Counted from the first letter of the stretch, positions 13,553-26,776 are shown. The stretch: DNA of 64,000 nt from Escherichia coli (GCF_024502345.1 NZ_JALDNN010000001.1); one strand, 5' to 3'. Numbers and translations: made by a program. Notes: generated from the sequence alone by a model not told the origin.

Positions 13553-14926
13553 TTATTGGTTTTCAGCCAGCTGACGATCGTGGCGACGCTTAAACATCCA
13601 GCCAATCAACAGCACAACAATCCACGCGAAACCGACATACAGCGAGATACGCGTATCCGGGTGATAACCAATCAACCCGATAATAAAGAGCAGGAAAATC
13701 AGCCCGCCGATGGTCGTTGCTACCCCACCCGGCACTTTAAATTTCAGCGCATTAACTTCTTCTGGCGGCAAACGGCGACGGAAGGCAATTTGCGACAGCA
13801 GGATCATAATCCACACCCACACCGTGGCGAAGGTTGCCAGCGAAGCGATCACCAGGAAGACGTTTTCCGGCATGATGTAGTTCAGATACACCGCAAACAG
13901 CAGCGCGGTAGTCATCACCAGCACCGTAACCCACGGAATACCGCGACGCGACGTTTTGCTGAAAATTTTCGGCGCGCTGCCCTGCTCTGCCATACCGTGG
14001 AGCATACGGCCTACGCCAAATACATCACTGTTAATTGCCGACAGCGAAGCAGTCAGCACAACAAAGTTAAGAATGCTGGCGGCAAAGGTAATGCCCATAT
14101 GCTGGAACGTCAGCACGAACGGGCTACCGGCAGTGCCAACCTGATTCCACGGGTAGATAGACATAATGACGAACAGCGTACCGACGTAGAACACCAGAAT
14201 ACGCATCGGCACGGAGTTAATCGCACGCGGTATCGATTTCTCAGGATCTTTCGCTTCACCGGCGGTAATCCCGATAATTTCGATCCCACCGTAAGCAAAC
14301 ATCACCATTTGCAACGACATTACCATGCCAAGCCAGCCGTTACTGAAGAAGCCGCCGTTGCTCCACAGGTTATGAATACCGGTCGGTTGCCCGCCGTTGC
14401 CAATCCCCCAGATGATGATGCCGAAACCGGCGACAATCATGATGATGATGGTGGCGACTTTAAAGAACGAGAACCAGAATTCCAGCTCACCGAAGACCTT
14501 CACGCTCATCAGGTTTACGGCGCAAATGATCAGCACCACGCTCAGTACCCAAATCCAGTGCGGCACCGTCGGGAACCAGACACCCATATAGATACCAAAA
14601 GCGGTCACATCGGCGATGGCGACAATAAGGATTTCAAAGCAGTAGGTCCATCCGGTAATGTAACCTGCCAGCGGGCCGAGGTTTTCCTGCGCATAACGCG
14701 AGAAAGAGCTGGCGGCCGGGTTATGTACCGACATTTCCCCCAGCGCACGCATAATGATATACGCCGCGATACCACCGATAATATAGGCCAACAACACGCT
14801 CGGACCGGCCATTTTGATGGCGTCTGCCGAACCGTAAAACAGCCCGGTGCCAATTGCTGAACCCAGTGCCATAAAGCGTATGTGGCGGGTACTTAGCCCA
14901 CGCTTTAGCTTGTTCTTACTTTCCAT
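13553..14926 (-). CDS. proY: proline-specific permease ProY (APC family)
   Basis: Track ORF 13553..14929 (MMESKNK...); taking the second Met gives the 457 aa amino acid permease. Confidence 0.9.
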   Translation of the reverse strand: MESKNKLKRGLSTRHIRFMALGSAIGTGLFYGSADAIKMAGPSVLLAYIIGGIAAYIIMRALGEMSVHNPAASSFSRYAQENLGPLAGYITGWTYCFEILIVAIADVTAFGIYMGVWFPTVPHWIWVLSVVLIICAVNLMSVKVFGELEFWFSFFKVATIIIMIVAGFGIIIWGIGNGGQPTGIHNLWSNGGFFSNGWLGMVMSLQMVMFAYGGIEIIGITAGEAKDPEKSIPRAINSVPMRILVFYVGTLFVIMSIYPWNQVGTAGSPFVLTFQHMGITFAASILNFVVLTASLSAINSDVFGVGRMLHGMAEQGSAPKIFSKTSRRGIPWVTVLVMTTALLFAVYLNYIMPENVFLVIASLATFATVWVWIMILLSQIAFRRRLPPEEVNALKFKVPGGVATTIGGLIFLLFIIGLIGYHPDTRISLYVGFAWIVVLLIGWMFKRRHDRQLAENQ

Positions 14927-15001
14927 CAATTCCTAACCCATCAACACAATAAAAAACCACGGGGCATCGCAGCCCCGTGGTTAAAACAAATGTTCAGTGA
15001 T

Positions 15002-16321
15002 TTAGTGAGCGCTGGAGGTCACCTGACGACCTGCCGCGCGATCCCAGATAATGGCCAGAACCACCATCACCACTGTTGGCATTAACCACGCCAGACCTTG
15101 TTCGGCCAGCGGTAAACGCTGCGCCCAGGACGGTAAGATATCGCTGAATGCAGATGCTTTGATCCCGTCGAGAATACCAAAAAGCAGGCTGATAAACATC
15201 GGCGGAGCAATCACGCGGGACGAATTATGCCACCATGAGCGTGTAAAACTTAATACAACCAGTGCGATACACGGCGGATAAATAGCGGTCAGCACCGGTA
15301 CGGAGATCTGGATCAGCTGGCTTAAGCCGAGGTTAGAAACCACCATCGAGAAGCCGCCGAGGATAAACACCAGCGTACGATAAGAGAGCGGTACGTACTG
15401 GGCAAAGAATTCTGCACAAGCACAGGTCAGGCCAACTGCCGTTACCAGGCAGGCGATGAAGATTAACGCCGCCAGCAGGAAGCTACCGCCGCCGCCAAAG
15501 GTGTGCTGAACGTAAGCATGCAGAATAGCAGCGCCGTTTGCAGACTGATCGACCAGCGACGCGCTGTCTGAACCCAGACGGAACAGCGCCAGGTACAGCA
15601 GAGTCAGACCAACACCCGCCATCAGGCCAGCCCAGACGGTATAACGGGTCAGCAGACGCGCTTCGGTAACGCCACGAGAACGCGCCGCGTTAACAATAAC
15701 GATACCAAACACCATTGCGCCCAGCGTATCCATGGTCAGATAGCCGTTAACGAAGCCGTTAGAAAACGCAGCGTTTTGATAAGCCTCAGTCGCCGTGCTG
15801 ATAGAACCCGCCGGCCAGACAATCGCGGCAACAGACAGGATGACCAGCGCGATAATTTTCAGCGGCGCAAGGAAGTTGCCCACGGTATCCAGCAGCTTGC
15901 CCGGATAGAGCGAAACCAGAATAACGATAGCGAAATAGACCAGGCTGTAGATAAACAGCGGCAGCGCGGAATCACCAGTCAGCGGCGCAATCCCCACTTC
16001 AAAGGAAACGGTAGCTGTACGCGGCGTAGCGAAAAGCGGCCCCACCGCCAGGTAACAAACCGTTGCCAGCAGCACGCCAGCGACTTTACCGATTGGCGTG
16101 CTGAGGCTGTCAACACCGCCGCCAACTTTTGCCAGCGCCACTACCGTTAATACCGGCAGGCCAACGGCAGTAATGAGGAAGCCGAATGCCGCAGTCCAGA
16201 CGTGTTCGCCTGCCTGCAAGCCGACCATTGGAGGGAAAATAATGTTACCTGCGCCGACGAACAACGCAAATGTCATAAAGCCCAGAGCGATGATATCGCG
16301 CGATCTTAATTGATGGGTCAT
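15002..16321 (-). CDS. brnQ: branched-chain amino acid transport system 2 carrier BrnQ
   Basis: Track ORF 439 aa, [38 protein letters not shown]... Confidence 0.95.
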   Translation of the reverse strand: MTHQLRSRDIIALGFMTFALFVGAGNIIFPPMVGLQAGEHVWTAAFGFLITAVGLPVLTVVALAKVGGGVDSLSTPIGKVAGVLLATVCYLAVGPLFATPRTATVSFEVGIAPLTGDSALPLFIYSLVYFAIVILVSLYPGKLLDTVGNFLAPLKIIALVILSVAAIVWPAGSISTATEAYQNAAFSNGFVNGYLTMDTLGAMVFGIVIVNAARSRGVTEARLLTRYTVWAGLMAGVGLTLLYLALFRLGSDSASLVDQSANGAAILHAYVQHTFGGGGSFLLAALIFIACLVTAVGLTCACAEFFAQYVPLSYRTLVFILGGFSMVVSNLGLSQLIQISVPVLTAIYPPCIALVVLSFTRSWWHNSSRVIAPPMFISLLFGILDGIKASAFSDILPSWAQRLPLAEQGLAWLMPTVVMVVLAIIWDRAAGRQVTSSAH

Positions 16322-16669
16322 AAATCATACTGCCTGTGGATGTGGTGTTGTAACGTTAAATTTTTGTGCCAATCCCTGGGGATGATACAGCGGTATATTT
16401 AAACAATTTTAGCGGGAAATACTCCCAACCAGGCGCGGCGAAGAATAGTTTTTCGATTTACCGCGTTAATGCAGTCAGTATGACAGCACCTGAAGCGCAA
16501 TTTAAACGCTTATAACGTTTTAAAGCAAGGAGGGATCTAAAAACCAGAGGTATATAGCGATAAGAAATCACCAACCAGTATAAAACACTATTTCCGTGAA
16601 AAAGACATGGCTAATCATGCGAACAAAAAATCACCAACCGTTGTAAAATCTAACGCCCGTATTTTGACT

Positions 16670-16698
16670 GCAAAGAAAATAAGCCAGCATCGGCTGGC
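16670..16698 (-). terminator. rho-independent terminator after phoR
   Basis: Minus-strand hairpin GCCAGCCGATGCTGGC (16683-16698) followed by TTATTTTCTTT. Confidence 0.6.
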
Positions 16699-16727
16699 TT
16701 ATGGCAATAAAAGATGACAAAGGCGGA

Positions 16728-18023
16728 TTAATCGCTGTTTTTGGCAATTAAACGTTCCGGGATAACAAAACTGAAACGTGTTCCTTTTCCTACTGTACTC
16801 TCAATATTCAGGCGACTTTCGTGATGATTCACAGCATGTTTCACGATCGCTAACCCTAATCCGCTACCGCCGGTTTGCCGGGAACGCGCTTTATCAACGC
16901 GATAAAAACGCTCGGTCAGGCGCGGAATATGCTCCGCTGCAATGCCCGGTCCGTTATCTTCAACGCTAAATTCGGCACCGTGCGGCACTCGCTGCCAGCG
17001 TACGGTGATATGCGTGCCTTCCGGCGTATGATTCACGGCGTTATAGACCAGGTTCGAAATCGCACTGCGTAGCTGATCTTCGTTGCCAGACACCTTGAGG
17101 CCGCTATCTATCTCAAAGGTAAATGTCTGTTTTTTCTGACTCAGAGTCTGAGCCTCACGCTCAACAACGCGCAGCATCATCGGCACATCAACCTTTTCAT
17201 TGAGCAAATGCGTCGGTGCGGCTTCTATTTTCGACAGCGTCAGCAATTGCTTCACCAGCCCTTCCATCCGCTGGGTCTGCTCGCGCATGGTGTGCAACGC
17301 TTTTTCACGTACAGCCCCCTCCAGGGGTTGCTCATCCATCATCTCCAGGTAACCCTGTAACACGGTCAATGGCGTACGTAACTCATGGCTCACGTTGGCA
17401 AAAAAGTTACGCCGCGCCCCTTCCAGTTGATGCATTTGCGTGACATCACGCGCCACCATCAGCAACTGTTTGTGGGTATAAGGCATGACACGAATTTCCA
17501 GATGCCGCCCGGTGTTGAGCACCAGATTGAGCGGGCGAGAAAAATCACGCGTTTTCAGATATTGCGTAAACTCCGGGTAACGCAGCAGGTTAAGGATGTT
17601 CTGCCCATTATCTTCCGGCCAGCGCAAACCAAGAATCTGTTGCGCCAGACCGTTACACCAGAAAATACCGCCCTCTTCCGTGGTCAGCACCACTGCGTCG
17701 GGTAGCGACTCCGCGCCGCTACGAAAGCGTTTAATCAGATTGCCCAGTTCACGGCGGCGTTTTTTATTTCGCAGCTGCATCTGGTGTAAGCCGTATAGCA
17801 GCGGTTCCCAGCTACCACGCCCCGGTGGTGGGGTCATACTACGATCCACCCACAGCCACCATGAAAGGCGCAATAAATTCCAGAAATGCCAGATAAGCAG
17901 TCCCGTTACCGATGCCAGCAAAAACCAGGGTAGGTAACCAAAAAATGCACCCAGGATGAAAGCCGGGAGGCAGCAAAGTAGCAGCTCCAGCACCAGCCTT
18001 TTCCACGACAGCCGTTCCAGCAC
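16728..18023 (-). CDS. phoR: phosphate regulon sensor histidine kinase PhoR
   Basis: Track ORF 431 aa; N-terminal membrane segment, HisKA H-box ([14 protein letters not shown]) and HATPase_c motifs. Confidence 0.95.
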   Translation of the reverse strand: MLERLSWKRLVLELLLCCLPAFILGAFFGYLPWFLLASVTGLLIWHFWNLLRLSWWLWVDRSMTPPPGRGSWEPLLYGLHQMQLRNKKRRRELGNLIKRFRSGAESLPDAVVLTTEEGGIFWCNGLAQQILGLRWPEDNGQNILNLLRYPEFTQYLKTRDFSRPLNLVLNTGRHLEIRVMPYTHKQLLMVARDVTQMHQLEGARRNFFANVSHELRTPLTVLQGYLEMMDEQPLEGAVREKALHTMREQTQRMEGLVKQLLTLSKIEAAPTHLLNEKVDVPMMLRVVEREAQTLSQKKQTFTFEIDSGLKVSGNEDQLRSAISNLVYNAVNHTPEGTHITVRWQRVPHGAEFSVEDNGPGIAAEHIPRLTERFYRVDKARSRQTGGSGLGLAIVKHAVNHHESRLNIESTVGKGTRFSFVIPERLIAKNSD

Positions 18024-18080
18024 GTAAGATACTCCAGTTAAGAAATCATAAGCCCTGCTCTGCGTCCGATGAGCAAGGCG

Positions 18081-18770
18081 TTAAAAGCGGGTTGAAAAAC
18101 GATATCCTGTACCGCGCACGGTCTGCACCATGCGGTCATGCCCGCCGGGCTCCAGTGCTTTACGCAGGCGACGAATGTGGACATCGACCGTGCGGTCTTC
18201 CACATACACGTTAGTTCCCCAGACGTGGTTTAACAGCTGCTCGCGGCTGTACACGCGCTCAGGATGCGTCATAAAAAAGTGCAGCAGTTTAAATTCTGTC
18301 GGCCCCATCTCCAGCGGCTCTTCGCCCGCCATCACCCGGTGAGATGTCGGGTCGAGACTTAATCCCTGCATCTCAATCACCTCTTCCACCGCCATTGGCG
18401 AAATACGGCGCATTACCGCTTTGATTCGCGCCACCAGCTCCTTCGGCGAAAACGGCTTGGTGATATAGTCATCCGCGCCGGTTTCAAGGCCGCGCACGCG
18501 ATCTTCTTCTTCCCCTCTGGCGGTCAACATCACCACTGGAATATCCCGGGTCATCGACTCGCGCTTGAGGTGTTTGATGAACTGGATACCGGAGCCGCCA
18601 GGTAACATCCAGTCAAGGAGAATTAAATCCGGCCAGGGTTCATTCAGTTGATTCACAGCACTGTCATAATCTTCCGCTTCGACCGGCTGAAAGCCATTTT
18701 GTTCGAGCACGAAGCAGACCATTTCGCGAATTGGAGCTTCATCTTCTACGACCAGAATACGTCTCGCCAT
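18081..18770 (-). CDS. phoB: phosphate regulon response regulator PhoB
   Basis: Track ORF 229 aa, [29 protein letters not shown]...; OmpR-family winged helix at the C-terminus. Confidence 0.95.
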
Positions 18771-18820
18771 GATTTGCCCTGTTGTAATAAATAGGTTGCG
18801 ATCATTAATGCGACGTCATT

Positions 18821-18851
18821 ATGCGTCAGATTTATGACAGATTTATGAAAA
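18821..18851 (-). promoter_or_regulatory. Pho box in the phoB promoter
   Basis: Minus strand reads TTTTCATAAATCTGTCATAAATCTGACGCAT, direct 7-bp CTGTCAT-like repeats at 11-bp phasing, 50-80 bp upstream of the phoB ATG. Confidence 0.8.
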
Positions 18852-18959
18852 GCTCGTCGCACATATCTTCAGGTTATTGATTTCCGTGGCGCAGAAAAAA
18901 GCAAATGGCACATCTGTTTGGGTATAATCGCGCCCATGCTTTTTCGCCAGGGAACCGTT

Positions 18960-20162
18960 ATGCGCATCCTTCACACCTCAGACTGGCATCTCGGCCAGAA
19001 CTTCTACAGTAAAAGCCGCGAAGCTGAACATCAGGCTTTTCTTGACTGGCTGCTGGAGACAGCACAAACCCATCAGGTGGATGCGATTATTGTTGCCGGT
19101 GATGTTTTCGATACCGGCTCGCCGCCCAGTTACGCCCGCACGTTATACAACCGTTTTGTTGTCAATTTACAGCAAACTGGCTGTCATCTGGTGGTACTGG
19201 CAGGAAACCATGACTCGGTCGCCACGCTGAATGAATCGCGCGATATCATGGCGTTCCTCAATACGACCGTGGTCGCCAGCGCCGGACATGCGCCGCAAAT
19301 CTTGCCTCGTCGCGACGGGACGCCAGGCGCAGTGCTGTGCCCCATTCCGTTTTTACGTCCGCGTGACATTATTACCAGCCAGGCGGGGCTTAACGGTATT
19401 GAAAAACAGCAGCATTTACTGGCAGCGATTACCGATTATTACCAACAACACTATGCCGATGCCTGCAAACTGCGCGGCGATCAGCCTCTGCCCATCATCG
19501 CCACGGGACATTTAACGACCGTGGGGGCCAGTAAAAGTGACGCCGTGCGTGACATTTATATTGGCACGCTGGACGCGTTTCCGGCACAAAACTTTCCACC
19601 AGCCGACTACATCGCGCTCGGGCATATTCACCGCGCACAGATTATTGGCGGCATGGAACATGTTCGCTATTGCGGCTCCCCCATTCCACTGAGTTTTGAT
19701 GAATGCGGTAAGAGTAAATATGTCCATCTGGTGACATTTTCAAACGGCAAATTAGAGAGCGTGGAAAACCTGAACGTACCGGTAACGCAACCCATGGCGG
19801 TGCTGAAAGGCGATCTGGCGTCGATTACCGCACAGCTGGAACAGTGGCGCGATGTATCACAGGAGCCGCCTGTCTGGCTGGATATCGAAATCACTACTGA
19901 TGAGTATCTGCATGATATTCAGCGCAAAATCCAGGCATTAACCGAATCATTGCCTGTTGAAGTATTGCTGGTACGCCGGAGTCGCGAACAGCGCGAGCGT
20001 GTGTTAGCCAGCCAACAGCGTGAAACCCTCAGCGAACTCAGCGTCGAAGAGGTGTTCAATCGCCGTCTGGCACTGGAAGAACTGGAGGAATCGCAGCAGC
20101 AACGTCTGCAGCATCTTTTCGCCACGACGTTGCATAGCCTCGCCGGAGAACACGAAGCATGA
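18960..20162 (+). CDS. sbcD: DNA hairpin nuclease SbcD (Mre11 homologue)
   Basis: Track ORF 18918..20162; recognised N-terminus [31 protein letters not shown] gives 400 aa; calcineurin-like phosphoesterase motifs. Confidence 0.9.
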   Translation: MRILHTSDWHLGQNFYSKSREAEHQAFLDWLLETAQTHQVDAIIVAGDVFDTGSPPSYARTLYNRFVVNLQQTGCHLVVLAGNHDSVATLNESRDIMAFLNTTVVASAGHAPQILPRRDGTPGAVLCPIPFLRPRDIITSQAGLNGIEKQQHLLAAITDYYQQHYADACKLRGDQPLPIIATGHLTTVGASKSDAVRDIYIGTLDAFPAQNFPPADYIALGHIHRAQIIGGMEHVRYCGSPIPLSFDECGKSKYVHLVTFSNGKLESVENLNVPVTQPMAVLKGDLASITAQLEQWRDVSQEPPVWLDIEITTDEYLHDIQRKIQALTESLPVEVLLVRRSREQRERVLASQQRETLSELSVEEVFNRRLALEELEESQQQRLQHLFATTLHSLAGEHEA

Positions 20163-23100
20163 AAATTCTCAGCCTGCGCCTGAAAAACCTGAACTCATTA
20201 AAAGGCGAATGGAAGATTGATTTCACCCGCGAGCCGTTCGCCAGCAACGGGCTGTTTGCCATTACCGGCCCAACCGGTGCGGGGAAAACCACCCTGCTGG
20301 ACGCCATTTGTCTGGCGCTGTATCACGAAACTCCGCGCCTCTCTAACGTTTCACAATCGCAAAATGATCTCATGACCCGTGATACCGCCGAATGTCTGGC
20401 GGAGGTGGAGTTTGAAGTGAAAGGTGAAGCGTATCGCGCGTTCTGGAGCCAGAATCGGGCGCGTAACCAGCCCGACGGTAATTTGCAGGTGCCACGCGTA
20501 GAGCTGGCGCGCTGCGCCGATGGCAAAATTCTCGCCGACAAAGTGAAAGATAAGCTGGAACTGACGGCGACGTTAACCGGACTGGATTACGGGCGCTTCA
20601 CCCGTTCGATGCTGCTTTCGCAGGGGCAATTTGCTGCCTTCCTGAATGCCAAACCAAAAGAACGCGCGGAATTGCTCGAGGAGTTAACCGGCACTGAAAT
20701 CTACGGGCAAATCTCGGCGATGGTTTTTGAGCAGCACAAATCGGCCCGCACTGAGCTGGAGAAGCTGCAAGCGCAGGCCAGCGGCGTCGCGTTGCTCACG
20801 CCGGAACAAGTGCAATCGCTGATAGCGAGTTTGCAGGTACTTACTGACGAAGAAAAACAGTTACTTACCGCGCAGCAGCAAGAACAACAATCACTAAACT
20901 GGTTAACGCGTCTGGACGAATTGCAGCAAGAAGCCAGCCGCCGTCAGCAGGCCTTGCAACAGGCGTTAGCCGAAGAAGAAAAAGCGCAACCTCAACTGGC
21001 GGCGCTCAGTCTGGCACAACCGGCACGAAATCTTCGTCCGCACTGGGAACGCATCGCAGAACACAGCGCGGCGCTGGCGCATACTCGCCAGCAGATTGAA
21101 GAAGTAAATACTCGCTTACAGAGCACAATGGCGCTTCGCGCGAGCATTCGCCACCACGCGGCGAAGCAGTCAGCAGAATTACAGCAGCAGCAACAAAGCC
21201 TGAATACCTGGTTACAGGAACACGACCGCTTCCGTCAGTGGAACAACGAACTGGCGGGTTGGCGTGCGCAGTTCTCCCAACAAACCAGCGATCGCGAGCA
21301 TCTGCGGCAATGGCAGCAACAGTTAACCCATGCTGAGCAAAAACTTAATACGCTTGCGGCGATCACGTTGACGTTAACCGCCGATGAAGTTGCTAGCGCC
21401 CTTGCGCAACATGCCGAGCAACGCCCACTGCGTCAGCGCCTGGTCGCGCTGCATGGGCAGATTGTTCCCCAACAAAAACGTCTGGCGCAGTTAATGGCCA
21501 CTATCCAGAATGTCACTCTGGAACAGACGCAACGTAATGCCGCACTTAACGAAATGCGCCAGCGTTATAAAGAAAAGACGCAGCAGCTTGCCGATGTGAA
21601 AACCATTTGCGAGCAGGAAGCGCGCATCAAAACGCTGGAAGCCCAGCGCGCGCAGTTACAGGCGGGTCAGCCTTGTCCACTTTGTGGTTCCACCAGCCAT
21701 CCAGCGGTCGAGGCGTATCAGGCGCTGGAACCAGGCGTTAATCAGGCCCGGCTATTAACGCTGGAAAAAGAAGTGAAAAAGCTCGGCGAAGAAGGTGCGG
21801 CGCTGCGCGGGCAACTGGATGCATTAACGAAGCAGCTTCAGCGCGATGAAAACGAAGCGCAAAGCCTCCGACAAGATGAGCAAGCACTTACTCAACAATG
21901 GCAAGCCGTCACGGCCAGCCTCAATATCACCCTGCAGCCACAGGACGATATTCAACCGTGGCTAGATGCACAAGATGAGCACGAACGCCAGCTGCGGTTA
22001 CTCAGCCAACGACATGAATTACAAGGGCAGATTGCCGCGCATAATCAGCAAATTATCCAGTATCAACAGCAAATTGAACAACGCCAGCAGCAGCTCTTAA
22101 CGGCATTGGCGGGTTATGCACTGACATTGCCACAGGAAGATGAAGAAGAGAGCTGGTTGGCGACACGTCAGCAAGAAGCGCAGAGTTGGCAGCAACGCCA
22201 GAACGAATTAACCGCGCGGCAAAACCGTATTCAGCAGCTGACGCCGATTCTGGAAACGTTGCCGCAAAGTGATGAGCTCCCGCACAGCGAAGAAACTGTG
22301 GCGCTGGAAAACTGGCGGCAGGTTCATGAACAATGTCTCGCATTACACAGCCAGCAGCAGACGTTACAGCAACAGGACTTTCTGGCGGCGCAAAGTCTGC
22401 AAAAAGCCCAGGCGCGGTTTGACACCGCGCTACAGGCCAGCGTCTTTGACGATCAGCAGGCGTTCCTTGCGGCGCTAGTGGATGAACAAACACTAACGCA
22501 GCTGGAACAGCTCAAGCAGAATCTGGAAAACCAGCGCCGTCAGGCGCAAACGCTGGTCACTCAGACAGCAGAAGCGCTGGCACAGCATCAGCAACACCGA
22601 CCTGACGGGTTGGCTCTCACTGTGACGGTGGAGCAGATTCAGCAAGAGTTAGCGCAAACTCACCAAAAGTTGCGTGAAAACACCACGAGTCAAGGCGAGA
22701 TTCGCCAGCAGCTGAAGCAGGATGCAGATAACCGTCAGCAACAACAAACCTTAATGCAGCAAATTGCTCAAATGACGCAGCAGGTTGAGGACTGGGGATA
22801 TCTGAATTCGCTAATAGGTTCCAAAGAGGGCGATAAATTCCGCAAGTTTGCCCAGGGGCTGACGCTGGATAATTTAGTCCATCTCGCTAATCAGCAACTT
22901 ACCCGGCTGCACGGGCGCTATCTGTTACAGCGCAAAGCCAGCGAGGCGCTGGAAGTCGAGGTTGTTGATACCTGGCAGGCAGATGCGGTACGCGATACCC
23001 GTACCCTTTCCGGCGGCGAAAGTTTCCTCGTTAGTCTGGCGCTGGCGCTGGCGCTTTCGGATCTGGTCAGCCATAAAACACGTATTGACTCGCTGTTCCT

Positions 23101-23302
23101 TGATGAAGGTTTTGGCACGCTGGATAGCGAAACGCTGGATACCGCCCTTGATGCGCTGGATGCCCTGAACGCCAGTGGCAAAACCATCGGTGTGATTAGC
23201 CACGTAGAAGCGATGAAAGAGCGTATTCCGGTGCAGATCAAAGTGAAAAAGATCAACGGCCTGGGCTACAGCAAACTGGAAAGTACGTTTGCAGTGAAAT
23301 AA
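20159..23302 (+). CDS. sbcC: DNA repair ATPase SbcC (Rad50 homologue)
   Basis: Track ORF 1047 aa; Walker [10 protein letters not shown] at the N-terminus, long Q/E-rich coiled coil, central CPLCGS zinc hook, C-terminal signature [16 protein letters not shown] and D-loop; start overlaps the sbcD stop (ATGA). Confidence 0.95.
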   Translation: MKILSLRLKNLNSLKGEWKIDFTREPFASNGLFAITGPTGAGKTTLLDAICLALYHETPRLSNVSQSQNDLMTRDTAECLAEVEFEVKGEAYRAFWSQNRARNQPDGNLQVPRVELARCADGKILADKVKDKLELTATLTGLDYGRFTRSMLLSQGQFAAFLNAKPKERAELLEELTGTEIYGQISAMVFEQHKSARTELEKLQAQASGVALLTPEQVQSLIASLQVLTDEEKQLLTAQQQEQQSLNWLTRLDELQQEASRRQQALQQALAEEEKAQPQLAALSLAQPARNLRPHWERIAEHSAALAHTRQQIEEVNTRLQSTMALRASIRHHAAKQSAELQQQQQSLNTWLQEHDRFRQWNNELAGWRAQFSQQTSDREHLRQWQQQLTHAEQKLNTLAAITLTLTADEVASALAQHAEQRPLRQRLVALHGQIVPQQKRLAQLMATIQNVTLEQTQRNAALNEMRQRYKEKTQQLADVKTICEQEARIKTLEAQRAQLQAGQPCPLCGSTSHPAVEAYQALEPGVNQARLLTLEKEVKKLGEEGAALRGQLDALTKQLQRDENEAQSLRQDEQALTQQWQAVTASLNITLQPQDDIQPWLDAQDEHERQLRLLSQRHELQGQIAAHNQQIIQYQQQIEQRQQQLLTALAGYALTLPQEDEEESWLATRQQEAQSWQQRQNELTARQNRIQQLTPILETLPQSDELPHSEETVALENWRQVHEQCLALHSQQQTLQQQDFLAAQSLQKAQARFDTALQASVFDDQQAFLAALVDEQTLTQLEQLKQNLENQRRQAQTLVTQTAEALAQHQQHRPDGLALTVTVEQIQQELAQTHQKLRENTTSQGEIRQQLKQDADNRQQQQTLMQQIAQMTQQVEDWGYLNSLIGSKEGDKFRKFAQGLTLDNLVHLANQQLTRLHGRYLLQRKASEALEVEVVDTWQADAVRDTRTLSGGESFLVSLALALALSDLVSHKTRIDSLFLDEGFGTLDSETLDTALDALDALNASGKTIGVISHVEAMKERIPVQIKVKKINGLGYSKLESTFAVK

Positions 23303-23427
23303 CTATTCAGCAGGATAATGAATACAGAGGGGCGAATTATCTCTTGGCCTTGTTGGTCGTTATCCTGCAAGCTATCACTTTATTGGCTACGGTGATTGGT
23401 AGCCGTTCTGGTGGTTGTGATGGTGGT

Positions 23428-24612
23428 ATGAAAAAAGTCATTTTATCTTTGGCTCTGGGCACGTTTGGTTTGGGGATGGCCGAATTTGGCATTATGGGCG
23501 TGCTCACAGAGCTGGCGCATAACGTAGGAATTTCGATTCCTGCTGCCGGGCATATGATCTCGTATTATGCGCTGGGGGTGGTGGTCGGTGCGCCAATAAT
23601 CGCACTCTTTTCCAGCCGCTACTCACTCAAACATATCTTGTTGTTTCTGGTGGCGTTGTGCGTCATTGGCAACGCCATGTTCACGCTCTCTTCGTCTTAC
23701 CTGATGCTTGCCATTGGTCGCCTGGTTTCCGGCTTTCCGCATGGCGCATTTTTTGGCGTCGGAGCGATCGTGTTATCAAAAATTATCAAACCCGGAAAAG
23801 TCACCGCCGCCGTGGCGGGGATGGTTTCCGGGATGACAGTCGCCAATTTGCTGGGCATTCCGCTGGGAACGTATTTAAGTCAGGAATTTAGCTGGCGTTA
23901 CACCTTTTTATTGATCGCTGTTTTTAATATTGCGGTGATGGCATCGGTCTATTTTTGGGTGCCGGATATTCGCGACGAGGCGAAAGGAAAGCTGCGCGAA
24001 CAATTTCACTTTTTGCGCAGCCCGGCCCCGTGGTTAATTTTCGCCGCCACCATGTTTGGCAACGCAGGTGTGTTTGCCTGGTTCAGCTACGTAAAGCCAT
24101 ACATGATGTTTATTTCCGGTTTTTCGGAAACGGCGATGACCTTTATTATGATGTTAGTTGGGCTAGGGATGGTGCTGGGAAATATGCTAAGTGGCAGGAT
24201 TTCAGGACGTTATTCACCACTGCGCATTGCAGCAGTGACTGACTTTATAATTGTACTGGCACTGCTGATGCTCTTTTTCTGCGGCGGCATGAAAACAACG
24301 TCGCTTATTTTTGCTTTTATTTGTTGCGCGGGATTATTTGCCCTTTCAGCACCTCTGCAAATATTGTTACTGCAAAATGCCAAAGGCGGAGAGTTATTAG
24401 GTGCCGCAGGTGGGCAAATAGCGTTTAACCTCGGTAGCGCTGTCGGCGCATATTGCGGAGGTATGATGCTGACGCTGGGGCTGGCATATAATTACGTGGC
24501 GCTGCCTGCCGCCCTGCTTTCGTTTGCTGCGATGTCATCGTTGTTGCTGTATGGTCGCTATAAGCGCCAGCAAGCGGCGGATAGTCCGGTGCTGGCGAAA
24601 CCACTGGGGTAG
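23428..24612 (+). CDS. araJ: MFS transporter AraJ
   Basis: Track ORF 23344..24612; recognised N-terminus MKKVILSLALGTFGLGMAEFGIMGVL gives 394 aa. Confidence 0.85.
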   Translation: MKKVILSLALGTFGLGMAEFGIMGVLTELAHNVGISIPAAGHMISYYALGVVVGAPIIALFSSRYSLKHILLFLVALCVIGNAMFTLSSSYLMLAIGRLVSGFPHGAFFGVGAIVLSKIIKPGKVTAAVAGMVSGMTVANLLGIPLGTYLSQEFSWRYTFLLIAVFNIAVMASVYFWVPDIRDEAKGKLREQFHFLRSPAPWLIFAATMFGNAGVFAWFSYVKPYMMFISGFSETAMTFIMMLVGLGMVLGNMLSGRISGRYSPLRIAAVTDFIIVLALLMLFFCGGMKTTSLIFAFICCAGLFALSAPLQILLLQNAKGGELLGAAGGQIAFNLGSAVGAYCGGMMLTLGLAYNYVALPAALLSFAAMSSLLLYGRYKRQQAADSPVLAKPLG

Positions 24613-24639
24613 ATTACTGTCACGGTGCGCGTTGCTTAT

Positions 24640-24730
24640 TGCCGGATGCGGCGTGAACGCCTTATCCGCCCTACGCGGTTCTGGCACATTTTGTAGGCCT
24701 GATAAGACGCGGCAAGCGTCGCATCAGGCA
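24640..24730. repeat. REP pair
   Basis: GCCGGATGCGGCGTGAACGCCTTATCCGCC and GTAGGCCTGATAAGACGCGGCAAGCGTCGCATCAGGC between convergent araJ and mak. Confidence 0.8.
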
Positions 24731-24754
24731 TGATGCGCCAATTGCCTACGTTTT

Positions 24755-25663
24755 TTACTCTTGTGGCCATAACCACGCAGCGCCGCGTACGCCGCTGGAA
24801 TCACCGTGCTTCGCCTTACGCACCGGCGTTTCACATTCGCCGCCGAAGACAAATTGTTTAATCAACTGCGGAACCGTTTGATATAAACGGTCTACATTGC
24901 TCATCCCGCCCCCCAGGACAATCACATCCGGATCGAGAATATTCACGACATGTGCCAGCGATTTTGCCAGCCGCAGCTCGTAGCGACGCAATGCCAGTTC
25001 CGCTACCGGATCGCTTTCTTCAACCAGGCGGATAATTTCACTGCCTTTCAGCGCATGTCCGCTCAAACGACGATAATCCGTCGCGAATCCCGTGCCCGAA
25101 ATAAAGGTTTCAATACAACCTTGTTTACCGCAATAACAAGGGACTTCCTCGCGATAACGCAGTTCGTCTTCGTCCATCCACGGTAGCGGATTGTGTCCCC
25201 ACTCACCTGCCGTGCCATTGCCGCCGATATGCGCCCGCCCATTGAATGCCACGCCCGCGCCGCATCCCGTGCCGATAATCACGGCAAATACCGTCTGCGC
25301 TCCCGCTGCCGCGCCATCTACTGCTTCTGAAACCGCCAGACAGTTGGCGTCATTTGCCAGCCGCACTTCCCGCTGCAACCTCGCGCTTAAGTCTTTATCG
25401 AATGGCTGACCGTTGAGCCAGGTTGAATTGGCATTCTTCACCACACCGGTGTAAGGCGAAATTGAGCCAGGAATGCCCATACCTACCGTTCCGCGCTGCC
25501 CTGTCGCCTGCTCCGCCATATCAACCAACGTGGCGATCGTTTCAATAGTCTGCCGGTAATCATCACGCGGCGTGGGCAGACGATGGCGGTACAACTGCTC
25601 CCCTGCATCGCCCAGTGCAATCACTTCAGTTTTGGTGCCGCCTAAATCGATACCTATACGCAC
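24755..25663 (-). CDS. mak: fructokinase/manno(fructo)kinase Mak (ROK family)
   Basis: Track ORF 24755..25801; recognised Mak N-terminus (V)[17 protein letters not shown] begins at a GTG at 25663, giving 302 aa. Confidence 0.85.
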   Translation of the reverse strand: MRIGIDLGGTKTEVIALGDAGEQLYRHRLPTPRDDYRQTIETIATLVDMAEQATGQRGTVGMGIPGSISPYTGVVKNANSTWLNGQPFDKDLSARLQREVRLANDANCLAVSEAVDGAAAGAQTVFAVIIGTGCGAGVAFNGRAHIGGNGTAGEWGHNPLPWMDEDELRYREEVPCYCGKQGCIETFISGTGFATDYRRLSGHALKGSEIIRLVEESDPVAELALRRYELRLAKSLAHVVNILDPDVIVLGGGMSNVDRLYQTVPQLIKQFVFGGECETPVRKAKHGDSSGVRGAAWLWPQE

Positions 25664-25787
25664 GGTACTCTCCTTATTTTTTTCAATATCAATAGCGTAG
25701 AGACGGACAACCGGATTGGCAATGCAAGGCCGCCGACAATTCGTTATCATGCCCGCTAAATTTAACGACAAGGCCGTGGAAATTATC

Positions 25788-26699
25788 ATGCTGTGGTTCA
25801 AAAATTTAATGGTTTACCGTCTTAGCCGCGAGATTTCGCTGCGTGCAGAAGAGATGGAAAAACAGCTAGCCTCGATGGCATTTACCCCATGCGGCAGCCA
25901 GGACATGGCGAAGATGGGCTGGGTTCCTCCGATGGGATCGCACAGCGATGCGTTAACGCACGTTGCCAATGGTCAAATTGTTATCTGCGCGCGCAAAGAA
26001 GAAAAAATCCTCCCGTCTCCGGTGATTAAACAGGCGCTGGAAGCGAAAATCGCCAAACTGGAAGCGGAACAGGCGCGTAAGCTGAAGAAAACCGAAAAAG
26101 ATTCGCTGAAAGACGAAGTGCTGCACTCTCTGCTGCCGCGAGCTTTCAGCCGTTTTAGCCAGACAATGATGTGGATCGACACGGTTAATGGTTTGATTAT
26201 GGTGGACTGCGCCAGCGCCAAAAAAGCGGAAGATACGCTGGCACTGCTGCGTAAAAGCCTGGGGTCGTTACCTGTTGTACCATTGAGCATGGAAAACCCG
26301 ATTGAACTGACGCTGACCGAATGGGTACGTTCCGGTAGTGCGGCACAGGGCTTCCAGCTGCTTGATGAAGCCGAGCTGAAATCGTTGCTGGAAGATGGCG
26401 GAGTGATCCGCGCGAAGAAACAAGATCTGACCAGCGAAGAGATCACCAATCACATTGAAGCCGGAAAAGTGGTGACTAAACTGGCGCTCGACTGGCAGCA
26501 GCGCATTCAGTTTGTGATGTGCGACGATGGTTCGCTCAAGCGTCTGAAGTTCTGCGACGAGCTGCGCGATCAAAACGAAGATATCGACCGTGAAGATTTC
26601 GCCCAGCGTTTTGATGCCGATTTCATCCTGATGACTGGTGAACTGGCAGCGTTAATTCAAAACCTGATTGAAGGATTAGGTGGCGAAGCACAACGTTAA
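25788..26699 (+). CDS. rdgC: recombination-associated protein RdgC
   Basis: Track ORF 25716..26699; recognised N-terminus [18 protein letters not shown] gives 303 aa. Confidence 0.9.
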
Positions 26700-26718
26700 T
26701 TGCTGATTTTCCTTTAAT

Positions 26719-26752
26719 GCCGGATGCGACGCCTGCCGCGTCTTATCCGGCG
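26719..26752. repeat. REP element
   Basis: GCCGGATGCGACGCCTGCCGCGTCTTATCCGGC palindrome directly after the rdgC stop. Confidence 0.75.
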
Positions 26753-26776
26753 TACAAAGCCACACCAGGCATATAA

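Noticed and set aside
13556-14860. 434-aa plus-strand ORF rich in H/R/Q/N
   Set aside because: Entirely antisense to proY; composition is typical of a shadow frame of a hydrophobic membrane protein gene, and proY is the recognised gene
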